A stretch of DNA of 64,000 nt from Anthoceros angustus (lineage: Eukaryota; Plantae; Anthocerotophyta): positions 1,674,001 to 1,738,000 of the forward strand of contig MU008159.1 in assembly GCA_010909165.1 (NCBI GenBank), read 5' to 3'. Below are positions 12,568-23,111 of the stretch, piece after piece; the first letter of the stretch is position 1; each line of letters starts with the position of its first letter. Made by a program: the position numbers and the translations under genes. The notes beneath the pieces were generated by a model, which did not search any database, was not told the origin of the DNA, and saw nothing but the letters and a program-made list of their open reading frames with translations.

Positions 12568-15500
12568 GTGACAATCATGGACACCACTCCGGAGCATGGA
12601 AGGCATCGGAAGGTCTCGTCATCGATACAACTCCGGTTGAAGAAGGGAGAGGAGGTAGGCCAAGCATTACGGATACCACGCCAAATCCGGACATTAGGAA
12701 GCGAGGTGAAGATGGAATGCGACGGTGAAATTGTTTCTTCATCGCTCCATGGAGGAGGTCGGGAATGATGGGTGAATTTTGCGGGGAAGGAGGATGCGGG
12801 CACGAACACCACGGTGGCATCCGAGCCGAGCCTTTCACGTAATCCTCGAGTCCACATTGTCCGGTGAAGCGTAGACATTATCCAAGCCGGAGATTGAAGA
12901 GGACCATGAAGGCATGCGTTGAAGAAATACACAACGCATGGTCTTAGCATTCTTTGTGCGCAGTTGTTTCTTTGCAATTGGGAAAGAAGAATATAGAGAG
13001 CCTCGGATATCGCTTCTTGGGATTGCCTCGAGCAGGAAATATATTTGCAAGGATTGCTCGAGGTAGAACAAGCAACCTATCTTTTCAATGTTCTCAATTT
13101 TCTCACAGGAGACAAGAGTTGCAATGTTGTGTCGAAGTTTCGAAAAGTGTTACGCATTGGATGGCGAGGTATGAACATTTGAAGCAGTACTAACGAACAC
13201 ACCATGGTCATCGAATTGAAGTTCCAAGGACGCGTGGCAAGATCATGTTCGGAATGCATTGCTTGGATGGAAAAGTTTTTCAAGCTAACGGTGAGCATGC
13301 CCAATGTTTGATTTTCAACTTGCGATTCATATACCAAAGGAGAGATATTCCGGGACTACAAACGGGAGGTTTCAAGAGTGGTTGACCAACGTCTCATTCT
13401 CACTTACATGCCTTATGGAAGAAACATTTTCCAAAAGTGAAGATACCAAAGTGTAGTCGTTTTCAAAATCGTCCAATGCGAAACGTTGAAGACAGCCATC
13501 GAGATGACCAGCAACCGACAAGAACAAGGTATTTCATATCCAGAGTTTCCTTTTTGACTTCCATGGAATCATGAGCACTCCAACGCCTCTTGTCTCGTGC
13601 TTGTGCTCGCCCACCGTGCGCGCGCGCGCGCACGTGCGCGCTGGCTCGCGCATTCACACAGGAGGTAGGCGGGGAAAGTGCGCGCGCCGCGCGCGCGCCG
13701 CGCGCGCGGTGCGCGCGCGCGCGCCGCGCGCGCGCGGCGCGCGCGCGCGGCGCGCGCGCGCGCGCGGTGCGCGCGCCGCGCGCGCGCGCACGTGCGCGCG
13801 CGCCGCGCGCGCGCGCACGTGCGCCAGCGGTCATGCGGCCGTCGCGGACCAAGGACAACGTTCGACCATGTGATCCATTTTATCTGAGGTCCATGAGCGG
13901 CATCTTCGTGAACATCGGTCGGCGATCAAGCGAGCGACTAAAACTTGCAAAACATCGTTTGAAGTGTAAAAAGGCCGAGCAAATACATTGGAATGGCGAT
14001 AGGCAGGATGGACCAAAGCAAGGAGCTCCACATTTTCCCTGCCCCTCAAAGGATTTTGCGATGGTCTCATCCGGGTCCATGTTGTGGGTTGTTTGGTATA
14101 CAACAACATTATGAAGACCAGGGTGTATGTGAACTTCCCGAATATTCGGAACGACGCCAACTTAACTATTCATATCATCCAGGATGTTATTCTCACCTAT
14201 GAGATGGTTCTGCCGAAGACGTTTTACTTGCAACTGGACAACACGGCCAGAGAAAACAAGAATATGTTGTTGTTTGCATACTTGTCGAGAAGCGGGTCTT
14301 CGATAAGGTGAAGGTGGGCTTCCTTCTTGTCGGGCACACACATGATGCAGTTGACCAAATGTTCTCGTGCTTTTCTAAAAGTCTCAAGCACAAAAAAGCA
14401 ATGTCACTCGAAACCCTTATGAGTTTGATTCATCGCTTATACACCCAATCCAGTGAAAATGGTTTAGGTGGCCGATTTCGAGCTTTATCGGCCCAATGGG
14501 ATGGGTAAAAGAGGACACGAGATGCGGTAAGAATTTGCACAATCATAGTTATCGACATCAATTCAAAATTTCAAGGGAAGAAAGAGGCGATAGATTCTTC
14601 GTGGCAAGGCACTTTCTACTTGTTCATTGGGAACCGTTGGAGGGTTTGGAGTTCCTTGAGAATACAAAGCAGATATAAGGGGCGCCTTTATGTCCACTTC
14701 AATGCATGGCAAACCCGCGGACGCGACCGCATAAATCATTGGAGCCATTAGGAAAGCCCTCGAAGAACCGATGCAAAAATATCTATCTGGAAGACAAAGT
14801 ATGGTGGAACTCGTTGGGCATCATCTGATATTTGCGACAAAATCGAGGAGGAGTCCATCGAGATCTTCAAAAGCATGGGAGTGGTACAACAGGACGAGGC
14901 CGGAACTTAAATCCCATCGACGTTCGGATGTCTTTGTCATTCGGCTCAGTTCGCGAACCACGCAACGTCACATGTATGTCGGAATTTTAGGCCACGGGGC
15001 CGCGCCATCGAGTTGGCGAGATTCGATGGGGATGTGTCCGAGATCGACGAGGCCATATGATTGCATCCCATGTGAGAGACGATCGAGCAGGCCTTTGGAT
15101 TGCAGTGGAAGACTTGGATTTCTTATGTGACGAACCTTACCTAGTTGTCCAGTGGTGGGTGACAGAGAATAGCAATGCGTTTGAGGGAAGGTACCTACCA
15201 GAGGAGATATTGGCTCCACACAACAGTGATAGAGAGGGTTTGCGACAACGGAGGAAGCGACCCAAGCACCTGGATCGATTGTTGATATCGGAGACATTTA
15301 TTTTGGCATACGGGTTCTCGTTTGCAAGGGATAGCACTCTACAAGTCCGTACACAGGAGCTTATCAAGACAAAGCTGTTCGAACTTCAACATCTACCAGC
15401 CGTGGAAGAAGGTAACAGGGTTGAAGATAACATGACTGACCACCAAGTTCCAGAGGGAGATGCATTGGAGGAAAATGATGATTTGGACGAAAATCGCAGA

Positions 15501-15695
15501 AATCAGGGTGGTGTAGTTTGCCAAGCGCGCGCTGGTGATGCGAGACATCCGACTTCCAGTTCAGCACCAATCGCGACAAGAACCCGCGGCAGAGGCAACG
15601 GAACCGGGACGGCTACTGGTGCTTTTGAAGGCATGTTTGATGATGATCCGGCACAAGGTCACCGTCGAAGGAGACGGAAACACCGTAGAGGATAG
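12568..15695 (+). pseudogene. Sola/DUF7869-type DDD transposase (frameshifted), with probable small C-terminal beta domain
   Basis: CIAWMEKFFKLT..MPN (~13255); LWKKHFPKVKIPKCSRF (~13413); (I)xxMDQSK (~14000); NDANLTIHII; LPKTFYLQLDNTARENKNMLLFAYL (~14210-14285); KVGFLLVGHTHDAVDQMFSCFS (14308-14380); HNHSYRHQFKI; LWIAV..YLVVQWW (~15093-15160). Start is approximate. Confidence 0.82.
13615..13825. repeat. (GC)n tract inside the transposase coding region
   Basis: Lies between the KIPKCSRF and MDQSK motifs. Confidence 0.9.
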
Positions 15696-17068
15696 AAAGG
15701 TGATAGGGTATTCTTCGTAGCTTTAGGGCATAGGGTAGATAGATGAGGCGTGTCTATGTGGACGTCCGCCGATTTGTGCAACTTCTTATGTCGTCTGGGC
15801 TTCCGCCACATCCACAGACCTCCAAGAAGACATATTTCCTCAGTCGAATGATGTATTTCGCACTCGTTTTGCCTTGTGCGCGCACAAGTTTGCGCATACC
15901 CTTGTTTAGTCGCGCACTTACGCGCGCCTAGCCCTTACTTGGTATACAAAAACATATAGAACCACACAAATTGCAGAAACTACTGACATGCCGAAATTAT
16001 GGAAGAATTCGGTCCGCCCTTCATCACACCGACAAAGTATCCATGCACCACGAGTGCAAGGCGCCATCGAGTTGGCGAGATTCGATGGGGATGTGTCCGA
16101 GATCGACGAGGCCATATGATTGCAGTCCCATGTGAGATGACGACGATCAACAGGCCTTTCGGATTGCGTGGAAGACTTGGATTTCTTATGTGACGAACCT
16201 TACCTAGTTGTCCGGGTGGGTGACAGAGAATAGCAATGCGTTTGAGGGAAGGTACCTACCGAGGAGATATTGGCTCCACACAATGTTGATAGAGAGGGTT
16301 TGCGACAACGGAGGAAGCGACCCAAGCACCTGGATCGATTGATATCGGAGACATTTATTTTGGCATCGGGTTCTCGTTTGCAAGGGATAGCACTCTACAA
16401 GTCCGCATACGTGAGCTTATCAAGACAAAGCTATTCGAACTTCAACATCTACCACCGTGGAAGAAGGTAATAGGTTGAAGATAACAGATGACCACCAAGT
16501 TCCGAGGAGATGCATTGGAGGAAAATGATGATTTGGACGAAAATCCAAATAAGGGTGGTGTAGTTCAAGCGGCTGGTGATGAGAGACATCCGACTTCGAA
16601 GACCAATCGCACAAGAACCCGGCAGAGGCAACGGAACCGGACTGGTGCTTTTGAAGGCATGTTTGATGATGATCCGGCACAAGGTCACCGTCGAGACGGA
16701 AACACCGTAGAGGATAGAAAGGTGATAGGGTATTCTTCGTAGCTTTAGGGCATAGGGTAGATAGATGAGGCTGTCTATGTGGACGTCCGCCGACGATTTG
16801 TGCAACTTATGTCGCCCTGGCTTCCGCCACATCCACAGACCTCCAAGAAGACATATTTCCTGATGTATTTCGACTGCTCGCCAGTGCGCGACAAGTTTGC
16901 GATACCCTTGTTTAGCGCGCACTTATGCGCCTAGCCCCCACTTGGTATACAAAACATATAGAACCACACAAATTGAAACTATGACATGCCGAAATTATGG
17001 AAGAATTCGGTCACAGCCCTTCATCACACCGACAAAGTATCCATGCACACGAGTGCAAGGCGCCATCG
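15000..17068. repeat. Tandem duplication of ~1.06 kb (3' end of the transposase and downstream sequence)
   Basis: gcgccatcgagttggcgagattcgatgggg at 15002 and 16061; the next unit boundary gcgccatcgg is at ~17060. Confidence 0.92.
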
Positions 17069-17200
17069 GTGGAAATGACCGGACGAAGTGGTCCGGGCCG
17101 AGAATGCGAATCCGATGGATGAACACCTACAAAACCAACAAAACCAGCCCAACCGGTTTTGGCGGAATAGGTTGGGATTTTTCCAAAACCCCTTTTGACA

Positions 17201-17229
17201 GGAGAAACCCCTTTCGGAGCAGAGCTGTT
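17201..17229 (-). repeat. Right terminal inverted repeat (imperfect)
   Basis: ggagaaacccctttcggagcagagctgtt; rc = aacagctctgctccgaaaggggtttctcc. Confidence 0.75.
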
Positions 17230-17233
17230 TTAG

Positions 17234-17686
17234 GCATGTTCCAAAGTTGACAAAGAGCATGATTAGCGAGACGGTTGGATGATCTTTGGTTACCTTCTTG
17301 GTTTGGGGATCACTCTTGGAAGATCTCCAAAGGTTCTCTTATGTTAGCTCGTGGATCGAAGTGTGGCACTTTGTACTCACTTGAGGTAAACATCAAAGAT
17401 CATGTGATCACATGTATGAGCGGAACAAATGTTTCCTTGTGGCATTGCCGGTTAGGACATATGTCTCAGAAGGGAATGAAGGTTTTATCTCGTTCTGGTT
17501 ATATCCCTGTTCTTAACTTCTCTTTTCTTTCGATGTGTGAGCACTGTTTATATGGGAAACAGACAAAATCATCACATCGAACAAGAGGTAAAGGTAGGAG
17601 TAAACCTCTTGAGTTGGTTCACAGTGATGTATGTGGACCTATGCCTACTGCATCATTAGGCGGTGCCTCCTATTTTGTCACTTTCA
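17234..17686 (+). mobile_element. Ty1/copia pol resumed: GAG-pre-integrase and start of integrase, truncated
   Basis: HVPKLTKSMIS, WHCRLGHMSQKG, CEHCLYGK, LELVHSDVCGPM..SLGGASYFVTF, then an abrupt switch to purine-rich sequence. Confidence 0.93.
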
Positions 17687-17799
17687 AGGAGGAGGAGGGG
17701 GAGAGAGAAAAGAAGAGGAGTAAGGAAAGGGGGAGAGAGGAAAGAAGAGGAGGGGGAGATGGGAAGAAGGAGGAGGGGAAGAGGGGAAGGAAGAGGAGC

Positions 17800-18192
17800 A
17801 AGCCCGTTCCATGCTGTGATTTCAAGCAAAGACCCGCTCCATGCTGTGATTTCCTATCTCAATTTTTCAGTTGATGCATAACTAGTGTGACATGACGATG
17901 GTGAAGGGATGGTGACAGGGCAGGATCATGTGTATAGCCGCTAGCAGATCTTGTACTTGTAGAGCATTGCGAGGTCAGACCAAGACCCGTTCCAATGTTG
18001 TGATTTTCTCTCTCAAATTTTCAGTTGATGCATAACTAGACTGTGATGTGACGTTAGAGAAGGCGATGGTAGCAGGGCGAGGTCTCATGTAAACGTAAAG
18101 CTGCAAGTAGCTACAAGGTGAGGCCAAGACCCGTTCCATGCTGTGACTTTCTCTCTCAAATTTCCAGCCGATGAATAACCAGACTGTGATGT
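17800..18192. repeat. Three to four dispersed copies of a ~60 bp motif (gacccgttccatgctgtgattttctctctcaaattttcagttgatgcataactag)
   Basis: Copies at ~17801 (partial), 17831, 17983 and 18128. Confidence 0.8.
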
Positions 18193-19688
18193 ATTTGCAT
18201 GTTGTTCTCGTAGGAAGAGTGTGTTTATGCCACGACGTGCGAGCTACTCTCTCCTATTGTTTATTGGTTTGCACCTATACTTGCATATTTGATTTGTTTG
18301 CTTGGTTGTCTGTTGAGGAAGTGCTCATATGAATACAAATACTTACCTCATGCTACAGGGGATAGCCTGGTAGGTAGCAAATGAGGGTTATATGTTCCTT
18401 GACAGGCTGCCTCCCTCATAAACCTTCGTCTTGTACAATGCTTAGGGAACACCATAGGAAAATTTTGGTCCGGCCAGTAAGCAGGAATGTTTGAGTTAGG
18501 GTTTCTAATCGTCATGTCCCATGCTTGTGAAAGCAGTCAGTTCTGGTTGGATTTATTAGGCGACTGGACACGAAATGCTAGAGAGGTGTGTCTAATATTG
18601 CAACCCTTCAGATCTATGCGTTAAATGTTTGGACTCCACCAGCGGCATTTCATGTCTCCATGCTCTATAGTAGCGCTAGTGATCTAAGTCTGGGATTCCC
18701 TACATGAAGGTAAAGATTCTGAACATGACTTGAGTTCTAGATCAATTCTAGACAGGAATTCTGCAACTTGGGCTGTGTTCTGACTAATTTGAGATGTTCC
18801 TGCAACAAAACTTGATTGAGAGAGGGCATCATGATCATCAATTCTGTCTCTCAAGATTTCTTGGTGGAGCAACGGCTTAGCTAAGGTTTGCTCAATTCGT
18901 TCCTCAGCAGCAGTTAGTCTATTGTCCCTGGTTCTTGTCGTGGATGCCTGATTGCTGGGAGTTGGTGTAGGATCGGAGGTGGCGCTTGGAAGTTGATAAG
19001 CGCCTAGTATCAATTTGACGGATCGCCCGAGGTCAGCCTGGTAGCGACGACCGGAATCGATGTTTTGGTTCCTCCTCGCGCAACGAGCCAGGAATAGGGC
19101 ATGCGCCTGAGAATTGTAGCGCCGTCTCCTCTCTGCCCGCGCATGCCCAGCAATACTAGAGCGTCTGTCAGCAAAGCACAAGGTCGGGGTAGCTAGCTTC
19201 GTAGAGATCGAGGATATATAGAATCCAAAGAAGAGCCTGGAAGAAGGAGGGGTGGTAGACCCGTACGCCTTTTACTAGTGCCTTGGACTCCTCGATGATA
19301 GCCTCCATGCCCATTCTTAACAGTTAGTAGGCCCTTCCTTATTCTAGACTATGACCTTTTGGGAGTAGTAGGTAGCTTCAGAGTAGACGTCCAGGGAACT
19401 TAGTCTCCCTTGGCTTGGGCCCTCTAGAGGATTATTCCCCATAGCCCCAATGTAGATGGGACTTCCCATCTTTGCATATTTATAAAGTCTCCACATTCTT
19501 ACTATATTTTATAAACATTTTATAAACTTCTTCCCTTCTACCGCAGGAACAACAGGCTTTAGACTCCACGATATCAAGGTACCCTCAAAAATAGGAAGCA
19601 CTCCACTTGCCTCATTTTTCCGTTACAAAAATAAATGACAAATGGAATCCACAAAACACAAAAAATCCTAAATTTCCTATAGCTACGC

Positions 19689-22600
19689 AAACCCATTGGG
19701 TCGGACTCGCGCCAGGCATGCCAGTAGGTTTCTGGAGCCAACCTTTAAGGGATGTAAAATTAAATTGACAAGAAGTGACCAAAATATATTATATTTTCCA
19801 TATTCTTGTCAAGTAAATAACCATAAAGACATTCCAAAACATGATTTGCATGTGTGCTATGAGCAATAACAATGCCATTGAGGTAAATAGGTAGATATCA
19901 CAGAGACTTTTTTCTTACAAGAGAAAATACTATTGATATATTATCATATTTATTTGAAACAATAAACCATATTCACAATTGCATGTATAATGTTGAACAT
20001 AAAAATTTACACATAGAACAAATTCAGATAGTGCGTTGTATGCATAGTGTGTTGTATGATGTACTATATTATAATATTTTGGACTAAATCCATCTCTCAT
20101 CCACATGAGTAGAAAGTGTATTCATGTGTTCCATTGCCTGTCATTAAACCACCTTATTCCATGTGGCATGCAAGGAATATTACAAAAGTAAGAATGCAAC
20201 ACTTTTGATACTTACGATAATGATTGTCATGCCATAATCTTCGCATCCACGGTGTGTAGTAGACATGCACATGCCGCTATTTCATGGCTCCCCAGTGGAA
20301 ATAGTGCTATATCTAGGATTCAATATGCAAATATAGTTTAGTAATGAAATTTATGAAGTCCATTCCAACTAAATGTGGATAACAACATCATACCACAATG
20401 AAGAAGTTATCATTTGAATCACTAACTCAAAACAAAAGTAGATACCTTACTTTACTATACATAGAAAAGTATATATTAATATTTTAGTAAAAGGTATATA
20501 TCAACACAAAAATTGAAATGTAAAGCATACCTTATACACATATATTCATGACACACAAATATACTCCTTAATATAACATCTCTAAAATTGATGTATAAAT
20601 CAACACACTAAAATAAAATGTAGAACGACCTTTTGCACATATATTCATGACACAGATGTCTTGCTTAATAACAACTCTAGAATTGGTGACATAATTCCAC
20701 GTCTAGTATCAAGCTAGCATTCTTGATGTAGACTTTCTTTGCTGGCTAGGAGGAAAATGTATTGATAAGGCGTGATTATATGAGAATGTGTCGATGTTGG
20801 TGTAGGCTAGTAAAGTAGATTTAAGTAAGTATATGAATCTCCACTAGCATATTAAAAATATAATCTATTCATATAAATATTAAAGATGAGGATATTTTAC
20901 GTAAGAAACTTGCCTCTAATAGATCATTACTTTGGTTGTCACTTTTGTTTTGATTCATTGTCCCATGAGAATTACGATTACTTTAGCTAAGAATGTGAAT
21001 ATTAGTTTCTTAGCACTATAGGAAATTATTTACTAATTTGGTACAAAAATAAATTAAGGCAAGTTGCTTAAATACCCTTTTGTGAAATAGGAGAAAACAT
21101 AAATGTTCTCTCATGAATTTAAGAATTAGAGTCAAAATTGGTAATTGTCCTTTGAAGTTTCCACATGTTCTTTGTTCAAAATAGGATATATTTATCCACA
21201 TAATCCTATATTTATCCACATAGTCAATAAATTGGAATGAAGTTAAACAAAAATAAAAAGTTAAAGGTATAGAGAAAACATAGATGGCATGGTCAACCTT
21301 ACTTGTACAAGTTTGTGAATTCGTTTTGAGTTGAAGCCAAATATGATTCCACTTTATCTTGTGTGTGAGGCATGTGCTCGGGATCTATAGCTAAACCCAT
21401 TGGGTCGGACTCGCGCCGAGGCATGGATGGGTTTGGAGCCAACCTTTAAGGGATGTAAAATTAAATTGACAAGAAGTGACCAAAATATATTATATTTTCC
21501 ATATTCTTGTCAAGTAAATAACCATAAAGACATTCCAAAACATGATTTGCATGTGTGCTATGAGCAATAACAATGCCATTGAGGTAAATAGGTAGATATC
21601 ACAGGAGACTTTTTTTCTTACAAGAGAAAATACTATTGATATATTATCATATTTATTTGAAACAATAAACCATATTCACAATTGCATGTATAATGTTGAA
21701 CATAAAAATTTACACATAGAACAAATTCGGATAGTCGTTGTATGCATAGTGTGTTGTATGATGTACTATATTATAATATTTTGGACTAAATCCATCTCTC
21801 ATCCACATGAGTAGAAAGTGTATTCATGTGTTCCATTGCCTGTCATTAAACCACCTTATTCCATGTGGCATGCAAGGAATATTACAAAAGTAAGAATGCA
21901 ACACTTTTGATACTTACGATAATGATTGTCATGCCATAATCTTCGCATCCACGGTGTGTAGTAGACATGCACATGCCGCTATTTCATGGCTCCCCAGTGG
22001 AAATAGTGCTATATCTAGGATTCAATATGCAAATATAGTTTAGTAATGAAATTTATGAAGTCCATTCCAACTAAATGTGGATAACAACATCATACCACAA
22101 TGAAGAAGTTATCATTTGAATCACTAACTCAAAACAAAAAGTAGATACCTTACTTTACTATACATAGAAAAAGTATATATTAATATTTTAGTAAAAAGGT
22201 ATATATCAACACAAAAAATTGAAATGTAAAGCATACCTTATACACATATATTCATGACACACAAATATACTCCTTAATATAACATCTCTAAAATTGATGT
22301 ATAAATCAACACACTAAAATAAAATGTAGAACGTACCTTTTGCACATATATTCATGACACACAGATGTACTGCTTAATATAACAACTCTAGAATTGGTGA
22401 CATAATTCCACGTCTAGTATCAAGCTAGCATTCTTGATGTAGACTTTCTTTGCTGGCTAGGAGGAAAATGTATTGATAAGACGTGATTATATGAGAATGT
22501 GTCGATGTTGGTGTAGGCTAGTAAAGTAGATTTAAGTAAGTATATGAATCTCCACTAGCATATTAAAAATATAATCTATTCATATAAATATTAAAGATGA

Positions 22601-23111
22601 GGATATTTTACGTAAAGAAACTTGCCTCTAATAGATCATTACTTTGGTTGTCACTTTTTGTTTTGATTCATTGTCCTGCATGAGAATTACGATTACTTTA
22701 GCTAAGAATGTGAATATTAGTTTCTTGCGCACCATAGGAAATTATTTACTAATTTGGTACAAAAATAAATTAAGGCAAGTTGCTTAAATACCCTTTTGTG
22801 AAATAGGAGAAAACATAAATGTTCTCTCATGAATTTAAGAATTAGAGTCAAAATTGGTAATTGTCCTTTGAAGTTTCCACATGTTCTTTGTTCAAAATAG
22901 GATATATTTATCCACATAATCCTATATTTATCCACATAGTCAATAAATTGGAATGAAGTTAAACAAAAAATAAAAAAGTTAAAGGGTATAGAGAAACATA
23001 GATGGCATGGTCAACCTTACTTGTACAAGTTTGTGAATTCGTTTTTGAGTTGAAGCCAAATATGATTCCACTTTATCTTGTGTGTGAGGCATGTGCTCAG
23101 GATCTATAGCA
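19689..23111. repeat. Tandem duplication of ~1.7 kb (19689-21392 / 21393-23111), including the gene's last exon
   Basis: aaacccattgggtcggactcgcgcc at 19689 and 21393; the first copy shows homopolymer 1-bp losses. Confidence 0.93.

Larger units (their letters stand above)
1118..17229. mobile_element. ~16.1 kb cut-and-paste DNA transposon (Sola/DUF7869-like) inserted in copia pol
   Basis: TTAG at 1114-1117 and 17230-17233. Removing the insert restores copia gac att agg cat gtt cca (D-I-R-H-V-P-K-L-T-K). The ends are imperfect inverted repeats (AGCAGC..CGAAGGGGTTTCTCC vs rc AACAGC..CGAAAGGGGTTTCTCC). A DDD transposase lies inside. Confidence 0.85.

Noticed and set aside
18684-19181. 165-aa minus ORF, possibly a LINE ORF1/gag-like remnant
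   Set aside because: No diagnostic motif; non-ATG start.
21016-21219. ORFs MDKYRIMW... (also 22717-22935)
   Set aside because: Non-ATG frames overlapping the intron, last exon and 3' UTR of the SURP-SRI gene and its duplicate.
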